DNA of 64,000 bases from Chlamydiia bacterium. GTDB lineage: Bacteria > Chlamydiota > Chlamydiia > Chlamydiales > JAAKFQ01. Positions 27,346 to 37,280 of the stretch are shown piece by piece. The stretch spans positions 1 to 64,000 of the forward strand of contig JBDNIV010000017.1 of NCBI GenBank assembly GCA_041688145.1. The letters run 5' to 3'. The translations under genes and the position numbers were made by a program. The notes beneath the pieces were generated by a model that was not told the DNA's origin, did not search any database, and saw only the letters and a list, made by a program, of their open reading frames with translations. Position 1 is the stretch's first letter, and the number at the start of each line of letters is the position of its first letter.

Positions 27346-28660
27346 CAGCAAACCAAAATTCTTGTTGTAAGGTCGCTTGAGCAACAAATAGCTCTCGACC
27401 TGAAATTGTCTCGCATCCTGAGGCTTTCGCTGAAGACAAAAAAGGTGTATTTCCCTGAATTACTTCTAAAGCTACAGCACCTTTCGGCAAGGTGTAATCA
27501 ATAGGCAGATCTATGCTGCTTGTTGCCTGAACAACTACTTCAAACCCATAAGGACAGAAATTAAATAAGTTGTAGCCCAAGGCGCCTATTTGCACAGCTG
27601 CCTCTTTTGCTTTTTCTAAAGTACGGTTAAAAAAGGCAACTGTAGCTCCTTTTTCCATGAGGCTAAAGCCAATCGCACGTGCAGTAGCTCCTGCTCCTAA
27701 AATAGCCACGCGTGCTCCAAAAAGATCGAGTTTCCGCTCAAGACAAAAAGCTGCTGCGGGCCCATCGGTATTTGCTGCAATTAAAGACCCCTCTTTTAAA
27801 AGAAGCGTGTTAGCAGCGCCCGTCTTAAGGGTACATGCATCTTTATAGACTGCAATGGATGCGGCTTCTTCTTTAAGAGGAGTCGTTACACTATAACCAA
27901 AAAAATCGAGCTCTACCGCCTTTTCAACAAAATCAGCGAGCTCTCCTAGCTGTAAAGGCACTTTGATATAGCGAATATCTAGATTTTTTCTTCGAAGCAT
28001 CTCATTGTGAAAGATGTGCCCGCAGCTTTTATTAACAGGCGATCCCACTAGAGCTAAAATACGCGTTTTAGTTGTTTGCTCTTTTACATGGTAAATATCT
28101 ACAAGCTCATCAAGGGTGAGTTGCCCAGGAGCAGTACATAGGTTTTTATTCACCGCTGCAAAAGTAATGCCATTTTGAAGCTTTTGGCTAAGTGCTCTTC
28201 CGAACTGCCCACACTCCCCCATAGCAACGCCAATAAGGTCTTTTTTAGTCGTAAAAAACTCCAAAGCCTCTAGTGCTGATGTACAAGGAAACGCCATCTT
28301 GTAAAAGCAGGCAGGAATAAGCCTTTTGATCTCAGGCTCTCTATCCCCATGACGACTCAGTATAACTCGCCCTAAAAGATTGTGTTTTTTCAGCTCTTTT
28401 AGGAGTTCAGGAAGCTCATCTACCTCTATCTGGACATAAGTAGGCTTTAGCTTTACCCAAGGCTCTATTGAACACTCTAAGCTGACACTCAAAATCCAAG
28501 GCCTCAGCGGTAAAAAATGTGATACTTCTTCAGGTTTAAGCTCTGGGTACAGATCGAGCCTAAGCTCAAGAAGATCAGCTTTAGCTAAAGACTTTGCAAT
28601 TTGCCACTTGATATCTCGGGCTTTTGGCCCAACTAAACTAGCGCACAGAAGCGTTTTCAT
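27281..28660 (-). CDS. aroDE: Fused type I 3-dehydroquinate dehydratase / shikimate dehydrogenase
   Basis: N-terminal ELRLD, S.H, YK.A, AMG..G...R and APGQ; C-terminal SVTTPLK, GAANT, NTDG, GAGATARA and NRTLEKA. Confidence 0.9.
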   Translation of the reverse strand: MKTLLCASLVGPKARDIKWQIAKSLAKADLLELRLDLYPELKPEEVSHFLPLRPWILSVSLECSIEPWVKLKPTYVQIEVDELPELLKELKKHNLLGRVILSRHGDREPEIKRLIPACFYKMAFPCTSALEALEFFTTKKDLIGVAMGECGQFGRALSQKLQNGITFAAVNKNLCTAPGQLTLDELVDIYHVKEQTTKTRILALVGSPVNKSCGHIFHNEMLRRKNLDIRYIKVPLQLGELADFVEKAVELDFFGYSVTTPLKEEAASIAVYKDACTLKTGAANTLLLKEGSLIAANTDGPAAAFCLERKLDLFGARVAILGAGATARAIGFSLMEKGATVAFFNRTLEKAKEAAVQIGALGYNLFNFCPYGFEVVVQATSSIDLPIDYTLPKGAVALEVIQGNTPFLSSAKASGCETISGRELFVAQATLQQEFWFADEHSDYSKQSALTFEGAGASF

Positions 28661-29807
28661 AGCCCGCATACCTCATGAAAAACTCATTTAAGCTACTTTT
28701 TACCACATTCTGGTCTACTGCATGGGTAAAGCAGATCTTCTGCTTTTCTTTTAAATCTAATCCCTCATCAGAAACGTCATATTCTAATTGAGTGTGCACC
28801 TTTCCAACACCTTCTAACAAGACAAAGCGGATTTGGTTACCCTCATTTTTTTTATCTCTGAGCATCAGCTCTATCACGAAGTCGAGGTTCTCTTTGCTCT
28901 CTAACGTCTCTTTGATAAGGATCATAAAAGCTGGCAAGCTAACAAAGATATGATGGATAAGTCTGTCCATCTCTTCAAACTCTTTTTCAGGCATATGCCC
29001 AAGCTTTAAGCTCAAAAAGTTAGCAAAAGCCATGCCAACAAAAACGCCGTAGCCATGAGAGATTTCATACTTAAAAAGAGCTTCTATAGCATGACCGAGC
29101 GTGTGACCAAAGTTTAGCTGATCACGCATCTGACTTGCTTTTTCTTGAATGGAAGCATCTACAATATGTGCTTTTATTTTAAGATTTTTTTGAATCAGAT
29201 CTTTTATAGCTGCGTTATCCTTAAAATCGAAATTAAAAAGCGTTTGTGCAAATTCTTTATCCTGAATAAGCGCATGCTTAACGACCTCTGCCATTCCAGA
29301 TAAGCGCTCAGTTTCATTAAGTGTTTTTAATAAGCTTGGATCAATAAATATCCCCTGAGGAAAATGTATTGAGCCTATCATATTTTTTGCTTGATCGGTA
29401 TTGACTCCATTTTTGCCCCCGTAGCACGCATCAACCATAGACAAAAGAGTCGTTGGCACTGAGTATAAGCGCACACCTCTCATGTAGGTCGCTGCAATAA
29501 AGCCTGCTAAGTCTAAAACAACGCCGCCACCTAAAGCTATAATAGCTGAAGCTTTATCAAAACCAGCAGCTATTAACGCATCTTCTATCTGCTCTTTAGT
29601 CTTTCTTATTTTGGAAGCCTCTCCAGCTTCAAAAGAAAAAATACCTACAGCAAAATCCGCGTTTTCTAGTTTTTCTAAAACACTTTGCCCATAGAGTTTT
29701 TCAACCGTGGTATCTGTGATAATAGCAATAGAGCTAATAGAAGGGCTCGCCTTTTTTAAAGAAGACACAAGTGCATCTAAAGCGTCTATTTCAATATAGA
29801 ATTTCAT
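28638..29807 (-). CDS. aroB: 3-dehydroquinate synthase
   Basis: GE.SK, ALGGGVVLDLAGF.AATYMRG, PTTLL.MVDA..GGKNG, LNFGHTLGHAIE and DKK. Confidence 0.95.
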   Translation of the reverse strand: MKFYIEIDALDALVSSLKKASPSISSIAIITDTTVEKLYGQSVLEKLENADFAVGIFSFEAGEASKIRKTKEQIEDALIAAGFDKASAIIALGGGVVLDLAGFIAATYMRGVRLYSVPTTLLSMVDACYGGKNGVNTDQAKNMIGSIHFPQGIFIDPSLLKTLNETERLSGMAEVVKHALIQDKEFAQTLFNFDFKDNAAIKDLIQKNLKIKAHIVDASIQEKASQMRDQLNFGHTLGHAIEALFKYEISHGYGVFVGMAFANFLSLKLGHMPEKEFEEMDRLIHHIFVSLPAFMILIKETLESKENLDFVIELMLRDKKNEGNQIRFVLLEGVGKVHTQLEYDVSDEGLDLKEKQKICFTHAVDQNVVKSSLNEFFMRYAGYENASVR

Positions 29808-29866
29808 AGTCTAGGAGAATAGACGAGAGGCGCTAATCAGACAAGTTTAACAAAGCATCTTATCGA

Positions 29867-31030
29867 CTAGCTTTCTTCTTTTTGAGCTCTTCTTTGCTCA
29901 AGTCTTAAGGGAGTGCTACGAGCAAGTTTTTGTCTAGCATCACCTCTTATAGGTGTATCTGCCTCTGTAGCCCCACCAGGTGATAGGGTCGATGCTAAGG
30001 CTGCAATTCTTAGCGCCCGAACCCGAGGATCTAAAGGAACAGCCCCTAATCTTAGCTCTTCTTCATCTGCCTCAATTACAGGTCCTGAATCTTTGAATAG
30101 AATATAGAAAGTGTCAGTAGGACCTTCTACATTTCCGGAGTCTACTTTTACTAGGAAGTTGTCCTTGTAAGCTAAAAAATCCTTAATGCCTTCAATATTG
30201 TCATCGGAGCTAACTACTTTATCCAGAAGAAAAAAGAAAAGACGCCACTGCTCTTGAATGCCTGGTCCATGGTCATGGTCTACATTATTGAATCCAGTCA
30301 TTATATCCTTTGCAAGTTGGCTCGGATAATATCCTGCTAGAACCCCGGGCTCTCTGGGCACTTGGCTATCCAAATCAGGGCAAGCTGCTTGTAGAGGTAA
30401 GCTCTCTTGCTTATGCTCTGTCATAGCTCCTAGATGCCCTGGAGTATTAACCTCCATTCTAAGCCCTTCACTGAAGGCTCGAAAAAATCCTAAGGTTTGG
30501 TCTTTAAACGCAAGACCTCTTGCACACATAAGAGCAATCATGAACATATCTGCTATAGCGGTATCTAACTTGCTTTTAGCTAAAGCGCCTCTATCATCCA
30601 CCCCTGGCTTAGAGCTTGTTGTTACTTTAATGCAGTGGGGATAGCTTGCACTTTCTTCTTCTGAAATGTTTAAAGAAGCTCGCTTATCTAGATCAAGTGC
30701 TAAGACGCCTCCTTCAATCCCTTCAAGCTGCTGCTTAGGGGCCACAGCAACATGCTCTTTAGCCTCCTCAAACCACGTCTGTAATTGAGGTCCCAAAACC
30801 TTCAGCCTTCCTGGAGTGGATACTTGCGGCTTTATAGCTGGGTTATCAGGTTGATCTGGAAGTTTTTTGCTACCTGATGCTTGAAAAATCCTTACAAGCG
30901 CAAAAATAGCACCTAAAGCAAGCAGTGTTACAACTACCCTTAGCTTCCACGAGCTATTCGTAATTACTTTTGGCAGCCCTAAAGATGCAGGCATATTGGG
31001 CATATAAGAAGTGATTGAAGGAAGTGGCAT
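29867..31030 (-). CDS. Hypothetical protein with N-terminal membrane anchor
   Basis: 387-aa ORF with an S/P-rich start, one TM segment (VVVTLLALGAIFALV) and a Pro-rich linker. Confidence 0.7.
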   Translation of the reverse strand: MPLPSITSYMPNMPASLGLPKVITNSSWKLRVVVTLLALGAIFALVRIFQASGSKKLPDQPDNPAIKPQVSTPGRLKVLGPQLQTWFEEAKEHVAVAPKQQLEGIEGGVLALDLDKRASLNISEEESASYPHCIKVTTSSKPGVDDRGALAKSKLDTAIADMFMIALMCARGLAFKDQTLGFFRAFSEGLRMEVNTPGHLGAMTEHKQESLPLQAACPDLDSQVPREPGVLAGYYPSQLAKDIMTGFNNVDHDHGPGIQEQWRLFFFLLDKVVSSDDNIEGIKDFLAYKDNFLVKVDSGNVEGPTDTFYILFKDSGPVIEADEEELRLGAVPLDPRVRALRIAALASTLSPGGATEADTPIRGDARQKLARSTPLRLEQRRAQKEES

Positions 31031-31165
31031 TTTTTAAACCTTGAATAATGAATATAAAGAGCGTTGCTGATTTTGAGATAAAAATCGAATAAAAAATCAT
31101 TTGCTCTTACGCCTCTTTTTCTGATACAACTAAAGCCTCTATCAAATGCACCTTTAGGAAAAGAT

Positions 31166-32209
31166 ATGCTGCTTATTCTACTTAACTACCTTCTTTGGTC
31201 TTCTGTTTTTGCTATTGGAAAGTCTGCTTTGACTGTCTCCCCCCCTCTTTTCTTAACGGCCGTAAGGATGCTTTTTGCTGCTGTGATTCTTTTAGGATAT
31301 TTAGCTATTCGAAGCCGCTCAAGTTTTAAGCTCAACTTAAGGCAGATAGGCGCTTTAGCCCTTTTTGGTTTTTTAGGTATCTATCTTACAAATGCTTTAG
31401 AGTTTTGGAGCCTCTCATCACTCCCAGCAGCTAAAGTCTGCTTTTTGTATAGCCTTTCTCCATTCTTAGCGGCGCTATTGTCATACTTTCACTTCAAGGA
31501 AAAAATGACCCCTAGAAAGTGGATTGGGATGGCTCTTGGTTTTTTAGCTATTTTCCCTGTGCTTATGCAGGAATCGGGATCAGAGTCTCTTATGAATGCC
31601 ATAGGCTTTATCTCGTGGCCTGATATCGCGATGTTTGGAGCTGTCTTTGCTTCTGTCTATGGCTGGATTTTACTGCGCGTTAGCCTAAAAGAGCACAAGG
31701 TTTCAACGCTTATGGCTAATGCTTATGGTATGCTTATTGGAGGGCTGATGGCCCTTGTTAACTCTCTGCTTATCGATAGCTGGAATCCTCTCCCGGTCAC
31801 GAGCTTTGCGCCTTTTATCCAGGGTGTTGTGCTGATGACGCTTATCTCTAATATTATTTGCTTTAACATCTACGGCTACCTTTTAAAGAAATATACGATG
31901 ACCTTGCTCTCTTTTGCAGGGCTTTTAAGTCCTATATTTGCTTCTGTAACTAGCCTGCTTATCCTAGGTGAACCTATCTCATGGACACTCATTAGCTGTA
32001 CTGGAGTTATTTTATTTGCTTTATGGATTGTCTACTCAGAAGAGCTAAAGCTCGGCTACCTTAATAAAAACGATAAGCTCGCTTCCAAGCGGTCTCGAAA
32101 AAATCGTTGGGTAGCTGACAATGAAGAAGTTAAGCTTGGTTTTTCCGGCCAAAAGGAAGTTTCACCAGCCAAAAAGGCAAAACGCAGCCCACAATCAAGC
32201 CAAGGATAA
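31166..32209 (+). CDS. DMT/EamA transporter resembling the chlamydial SAM/SAH transporter
   Basis: WSS.FA..KSA, PLF.T..RM, YLTN.LEF, CF.Y..SPF.AA..SY and C-terminal Y.EE.+.GY resemble C. trachomatis CT580 as recalled from memory. Confidence 0.85.
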   Translation: MLLILLNYLLWSSVFAIGKSALTVSPPLFLTAVRMLFAAVILLGYLAIRSRSSFKLNLRQIGALALFGFLGIYLTNALEFWSLSSLPAAKVCFLYSLSPFLAALLSYFHFKEKMTPRKWIGMALGFLAIFPVLMQESGSESLMNAIGFISWPDIAMFGAVFASVYGWILLRVSLKEHKVSTLMANAYGMLIGGLMALVNSLLIDSWNPLPVTSFAPFIQGVVLMTLISNIICFNIYGYLLKKYTMTLLSFAGLLSPIFASVTSLLILGEPISWTLISCTGVILFALWIVYSEELKLGYLNKNDKLASKRSRKNRWVADNEEVKLGFSGQKEVSPAKKAKRSPQSSQG

Positions 32210-33521
32210 GCATCCACTCGTAAAGAGCTACGCTCTCTAAGAACTCTTCTGCAGGTATGAATCCGACTACAAAAATTACAAGCGTAGCGAGCATTCCAGC
32301 AAGAGCAGCTATCCAGGCTCCTATGTTTTTGCAAGGCACATGATAACCTCCTTCAGGCAAAGGGCGCGTGTAGCGCAGGCGAAGAGCACTTGCAAAAAGA
32401 AGAAAATACATCACCATATAGGCCTGCGTAGCAAGGACAGTCAGCAGAATAAAAACGCTACTAATTGAGGGCATAAAAAGAAATAGAAGGCTTAAGAAAG
32501 TCACAATTATAGCTTGTAAAATCATTACATTCTTAGGCATGCCCTGAGCGTTTTTCTTATAAAAAACAGCAGGTAAATGACCCTCTTTTACAGCTACAAG
32601 AATCCCTCGGCTAGGGCCTATAATCCATGTGCTAACCCCTGTAATCACTCCAAGTATAATAAGCAGAGATATAGGCGTCACAAGGTAGCCGAGTCCATAA
32701 GCACTAAAAAAAAGATCAAAGGCTTGCACAACCCCTGTAGTCAGGCTCATTTGCCCCATAGGAATAACAAAAGCGATTGAAAGGGCACCTAAGGTGTAGA
32801 TCAAAAAAATGACGACCATCGATATAAATATCGCTTTAGGGTACGTCTTTTTTGGGTTAACCACATCTGCAGCATGAACCTCAGACATTTCCATCCCAAC
32901 ATATGAAAGAGCGATAGCGCACAAAAGAGCTAAGCTGTGAATGCTTTTAAAATGAGGCATAATGTGAGACAGACCCACGCTTATTTGCAAAGGCTTGCCT
33001 TGAGCCCACCACGCCATACCAAGCGTTACGATAAGAACCGTAGGCACAAACGTACCTAAAATAACTCCTGTTGTACTGATTTTGCTTGAAAGCTCAACCC
33101 CTCTAAGGTTTAAAAGCGTACATCCCCAAAAAATAAAAAGGACAATACCTAGCATAATCCAAGAGTTTTCTGCCCACGAAGGATCTATCAAGGAAAGGAA
33201 AGTAGCTCCTACAAAGGTCAAAATAGTGGGATACCAAATCACATTCCCAAGCCACTGGAGCCATATAGCCAAAAAGCCCATGCGCACTCCAAAGGCCTCT
33301 TTGACCCAGAGGTAGATTCCCCCTTCTTTATTAGGATATCTAGAAACAAGCTCTGCTGAAAATAAAGCAATAGGCACAAAGAAAAAAAGGGCTGCTAAGC
33401 CTAAATAAAATATCAGACTAAAGCCATGCACTGCTGCAATAGGCAAGTTTCTAAGGCTTGCAATCGCAGCAACATTGATCATAGTAAGAGCAAAAGCTCC
33501 TAGCGTTTTTTTCTTAGACAT
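32130..33521 (-). CDS. APC-superfamily amino acid permease (GadC-like)
   Basis: SLRNLP, FFVP.AL..AEL, GGIYLWV.EAFG, W..GPSRG and KN..G.P, with about 12 TM segments. Confidence 0.9.
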   Translation of the reverse strand: MSKKKTLGAFALTMINVAAIASLRNLPIAAVHGFSLIFYLGLAALFFFVPIALFSAELVSRYPNKEGGIYLWVKEAFGVRMGFLAIWLQWLGNVIWYPTILTFVGATFLSLIDPSWAENSWIMLGIVLFIFWGCTLLNLRGVELSSKISTTGVILGTFVPTVLIVTLGMAWWAQGKPLQISVGLSHIMPHFKSIHSLALLCAIALSYVGMEMSEVHAADVVNPKKTYPKAIFISMVVIFLIYTLGALSIAFVIPMGQMSLTTGVVQAFDLFFSAYGLGYLVTPISLLIILGVITGVSTWIIGPSRGILVAVKEGHLPAVFYKKNAQGMPKNVMILQAIIVTFLSLLFLFMPSISSVFILLTVLATQAYMVMYFLLFASALRLRYTRPLPEGGYHVPCKNIGAWIAALAGMLATLVIFVVGFIPAEEFLESVALYEWMLILGLIVGCVLPFWLVKLPFGRKNQA

Positions 33522-34176
33522 CTTGAGAAATCTCTTGGACGGGCTCTTCTTTTAGCTGAATTTCTTCTGAACAGGTTTGCTCAAGCTCTTTAGCTTCATC
33601 TAAAGCAGCCTCGAAATTAGCTAAAGTTAATTCAAAAGCGGTGATTAAACCTAGAGCCTCTTTTTCCTCTGCTTTATCTTCGATTTTCTGAACCATTTCT
33701 TTTGCTTTACCTAGATGGATTTTAGCAACTTCTAAGTCTTGAGCTAGTTGCTCACTTGCATATTCCAATTGGCTTTTTACTGTAATAAGCGACGGCTGTA
33801 TACATGCACTTTCGCAAGAACCTACTTGAGCCTCTTCTGCACTTGTTAATTCTTCATTCTCATTGGTTTGAATGTTTTGCTCTACAGAATTGGTGTTATC
33901 AGAATCTTCTACTTGCTGATGAACTGGAATAGTTCCTGGAGGCCATACTATATCACCCGCAATAGGGCTTTTAATTGTTTCTTCTATATCAGTAGGTCCT
34001 TCAGCATCTGTGTTTTGAGCTTCTTGAAGCTCAACTTTTTCAACAATTTCTTGAGCAGATTTATCTGCTACTTTAGCAGCTTCTGTTTCAACGATTTCCT
34101 CTTCTGGGTTAAACCAGCTGTTATAGTAGTCAGAAGCTGATGTTTTTAATCCTGATAAAGTGTCCAAAATGGTAAT
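33514..34176 (-). CDS. Acidic coiled-coil hypothetical protein
   Basis: Very Glu-rich ORF. AGGAG lies 6 nt before in-frame ATT 34176; the ORF track uses TTG 34167. Overlaps the permease start. Confidence 0.7.
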   Translation of the reverse strand: MTILDTLSGLKTSASDYYNSWFNPEEEIVETEAAKVADKSAQEIVEKVELQEAQNTDAEGPTDIEETIKSPIAGDIVWPPGTIPVHQQVEDSDNTNSVEQNIQTNENEELTSAEEAQVGSCESACIQPSLITVKSQLEYASEQLAQDLEVAKIHLGKAKEMVQKIEDKAEEKEALGLITAFELTLANFEAALDEAKELEQTCSEEIQLKEEPVQEISQDV

Positions 34177-34306
34177 AAGAATCTCCTAAAGTATCTGTTG
34201 ATAAAAGGGTGAGTCTACATGAGAAGTGCATTTTACTTTAAGAGAAGATATGAAAATTCTTCCGAATCTAAACATGTGTTAGGAAAAGCTCGCGTGATTA
34301 CAGGCT

Positions 34307-35194
34307 TTATTTAAGGCTGGTCTCGTCCAGCAAATCATCTGTAGGTTTGTCCTCACGTTTAGATAGCACAAAAACACTAGAGCCGCCAAGCATAACAAGC
34401 CCCATTCCAATCCACCCTAAAACACTGGGTACATGCCCCCAAACTAAAAAACCGACAAGACCTGCCATAAGCACACCTGCATAGTTGAAAGGCCCGAGCC
34501 ATGAAGCGCTTGCATATTCGAAAGCTTTTGTGAAGAAATAAAGTTCTACGGCAAACAGTGTCCCTGATAAAGCTCCATTTAAGAGAAGCTTCAAACTAAT
34601 GGGCTCATAAGTCCAAGGAAGCATAAGAGCTAAGACTAAAAATCCTGCTAAGATAAGAAAAAAAGAGAGTATTAAAGGGTGGTTGTCTTTTACGAGCTTA
34701 CGACAAATCACCATGCTAAATGCTGAAGCCATTGCACCAGAAAGGCCTAAACAAGCCCCGACTAATGACAATCCCCCACTCGGATTTAAAACTAAAACAA
34801 CTCCCGAAAAGCCAATAAATATTGCCATCCAAAGAGGCCATGATAGCTTTTCTTTAAGCCAGACAAGGCTAATAAGAGGCACAAATAGAGGGGCTGTATT
34901 TAAAAGAAGCGAGACGCGGACTATCGGCATTTTACTAGTCGCTACAAAAATTCCAATCGTTGTAAAAAGCCCGAGTAAAATACGGACTAAAAGAAGGCCT
35001 TTGCCTTTAATTTTCCACCGGTCTCGATTTAACCTTAAACACAAAAAGCCCGTCACTGCCCCAGCAAAGAAAAAATGGCATAAAAGCACTTCCATCATCC
35101 CTGCAAAAGCAAAGGATGCCTTGATGATCGAGAACATCGGAGCGCTTAAAGCACATGCTAAAAGCATACTAATCACGGCTTTTTTAAGCTGCAT
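34307..35194 (-). CDS. DMT/EamA-family transporter
   Basis: T.PLFVPLI..VWLKEK, IGFSGVVLVLNP, A.AS.LGPF.Y and WG..P. Confidence 0.88.
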   Translation of the reverse strand: MQLKKAVISMLLACALSAPMFSIIKASFAFAGMMEVLLCHFFFAGAVTGFLCLRLNRDRWKIKGKGLLLVRILLGLFTTIGIFVATSKMPIVRVSLLLNTAPLFVPLISLVWLKEKLSWPLWMAIFIGFSGVVLVLNPSGGLSLVGACLGLSGAMASAFSMVICRKLVKDNHPLILSFFLILAGFLVLALMLPWTYEPISLKLLLNGALSGTLFAVELYFFTKAFEYASASWLGPFNYAGVLMAGLVGFLVWGHVPSVLGWIGMGLVMLGGSSVFVLSKREDKPTDDLLDETSLK

Positions 35195-35265
35195 TACAAC
35201 AGAGTCCTAGTTTTATTAAAGCCTCTATTATAACATGAAAATAACTTGATTTTCCACCTGAAACT

Positions 35266-35868
35266 ATGCATGACCCTAATAACAAGCCCGAATCTCACTT
35301 AAGTCCCGTAGAAAGAAGGGCTTATAAAGAAAAAAATGCACCTAAGCAGACTCGCTGGCATCTAAGAGATGGTTGGATACACCTCAAAGAGGACCTAGTC
35401 GATATCCAGGATGAAGGGGGAGAAAAGCACACCCATAAGAAGTACGTGGTGCTTCACTGTGGAGGTGTAGGAGTCTTACCCTTTATAGATCCAAAGACGG
35501 TGCTGCTTGTGAAGCAATACCGCTATCCTATTGATGAGATTTTACTCGAAGTGCCTGCTGGCCGTATAGATGAAGGTGAAGACCCTCTAGAAGCGGCCCA
35601 AAGAGAGCTTCAGGAAGAGACCCATTATAAAGCTCAAAAAATTGAACCTTTAGGCACACTTTACCCCTCCCCTGGTTTTTGCACTGAAAAAGTTTATGTC
35701 TACGCAGCACATAATCTTACAAGAAGCCCACTTCCAAAAGACTTAGGTGAAGTCATAGAACTCATAGCGCTTCCCTTTACAAAAGCTTTAGAGAAAGTAA
35801 AAAATGGAGAGATCAATGATGCAAAAACAGCTTTTGCCCTTTTGCAATATGCTACTCTTTTCCCTTAG
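35266..35868 (+). CDS. nudF: NUDIX hydrolase, ADP-ribose pyrophosphatase-like
   Basis: VKQYRYP, Nudix box EVPAGRIDEGEDPLEAAQRELQEET, SPGF..E and I.DAKT. Confidence 0.88.
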   Translation: MHDPNNKPESHLSPVERRAYKEKNAPKQTRWHLRDGWIHLKEDLVDIQDEGGEKHTHKKYVVLHCGGVGVLPFIDPKTVLLVKQYRYPIDEILLEVPAGRIDEGEDPLEAAQRELQEETHYKAQKIEPLGTLYPSPGFCTEKVYVYAAHNLTRSPLPKDLGEVIELIALPFTKALEKVKNGEINDAKTAFALLQYATLFP

Positions 35869-36595
35869 ACTCTTCTTCGAAAAAGCGGATAATAGCTTTC
35901 TTTTTCACAATAGGCTTAATTGAAATAGGCGCCCTTCTGCCTACAGACTCTGGTAAGGTGATTTCAATGGTTGGTTCTAAAGATTCAAAGTTAACAGTAC
36001 TTTGAGCTCTTGATGAGCCCTTGTTGGCTATTTTTTGTGCATAGGGAAAAACAAGATGCTGCGTTTTTTTACAAGTTGGCTTTGCCTTAGGAAAGAAAAT
36101 ATTTTTTGGTTTAGCCATACATAAGCCACCCATAATAAGCTCTTCACCTTCATAGGCATCTTCATCTACAAGCACTCTGCAATCTGAGCGTAATGCCTCT
36201 ACTGAAGCTTCTAAAGTAAGCTCTGATCTCTTTTGGCAATCTTTTTGAAAACGGTTATGGTAACAGTTAATAAGGCTTTTAATGCCTTTTGTGATTTTTC
36301 GAGTAAGGCTTTTTTTCAAAATAGCCATGCCCTTTTGAAAGCGCTTATCTGGAAAGGGAATAATAAGAGATCTATTTTTAAGTCTTAAGGCTACAGCCTC
36401 TAAAGATAGCCCCTCCAGGGAAATCACTTTCCAGCCTAATGCTTTAAGTTCTTCCAAAGCTTTTGGATATCTCGGCTCAATAAAGACAAGCGTATGGCTT
36501 TTTTTATCTAAAATAGACTCAACTCCCTGAAAAAGAGGCTGCTGTCCCTCAAAGAAAAGTATTGTCGCTCTCATGTTTAAGGCCTTAAAAGTCAT
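35852..36595 (-). CDS. Hypothetical basic protein
   Basis: 247-aa ORF occupying the gap with a GAG-type RBS. No recognised motif. Confidence 0.6.
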   Translation of the reverse strand: MTFKALNMRATILFFEGQQPLFQGVESILDKKSHTLVFIEPRYPKALEELKALGWKVISLEGLSLEAVALRLKNRSLIIPFPDKRFQKGMAILKKSLTRKITKGIKSLINCYHNRFQKDCQKRSELTLEASVEALRSDCRVLVDEDAYEGEELIMGGLCMAKPKNIFFPKAKPTCKKTQHLVFPYAQKIANKGSSRAQSTVNFESLEPTIEITLPESVGRRAPISIKPIVKKKAIIRFFEEESKGKE

Positions 36596-36778
36596 TTAAC
36601 TCTCGAGGTTAGCATAAGGCCCATCAACCGACAAGATGGAAATGTATTAAAAAAAAGATTCTAGATTTGATGCCCTAATTATCAAAATGCTTTTAACGCT
36701 ATTTCTTCTCTTAAATCAGTGCGATATTTAAATTAAAAGAAAAATTGGTATTGATATTTTTGATTTCATCAAAATATA

Positions 36779-36790
36779 GTCTCTATAGAC
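36779..36790. promoter_or_regulatory. Near-palindromic candidate operator before orphan copy 1
   Basis: GTCTCTATAGAC, which matches the perfect palindrome before copy 2. Confidence 0.45.
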
Positions 36791-36825
36791 ATTGAAAAAA
36801 ACCAACAAAATGGAGCTCTTTTCTT

Positions 36826-37158
36826 ATGACCGCATCTTTTCATCCTACAATTGCTATAGCAAGTGCCCCTGAAGTACACGAGCGGCTACTTGCGCACGGA
36901 AGCAGCAACCAATTCCCCAAGCTCCTTGCTACTGCCGCTCAAGCTAGGGATGAGGGAAAATCTTTTTTTGAGCTAGCGCCTTTGCTCATAAAAGAACAAT
37001 ATAGCGTGGAAAAAGCTACTCTTAGTCAGATTTCTCCAAAAGAAGCTATCGTAGACCTTGTTGCACGTTTTGCTCAGAGTTTTCCTGAGAGCTCTACTGA
37101 AATAAGAGCTTTACTTAGAGCACTTTATGACTCTTGTGTAGCTGACATGTCAACTTAG
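36826..37158 (+). CDS. Small helical hypothetical protein, tandem paralog 1
   Basis: GGAG RBS. Shares P.IAIA, FPKLL, SFF.LA and VA.FA with the next ORF. Confidence 0.75.
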   Translation: MTASFHPTIAIASAPEVHERLLAHGSSNQFPKLLATAAQARDEGKSFFELAPLLIKEQYSVEKATLSQISPKEAIVDLVARFAQSFPESSTEIRALLRALYDSCVADMST

Positions 37159-37234
37159 TTTAGGCGTTTTCAATTTTAGACTGCTTTATATCAAGAATCT
37201 TTTAGTATTGAAATATTTTTAATCCTCATATCGC

Positions 37235-37248
37235 AGTCTATATAGACT
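37235..37248. promoter_or_regulatory. Perfect 14-bp palindrome before orphan copy 2
   Basis: AGTCTATATAGACT. Confidence 0.5.
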
Positions 37249-37280
37249 TAATATTAAACTTGAAACAAGGACTTATTCTT

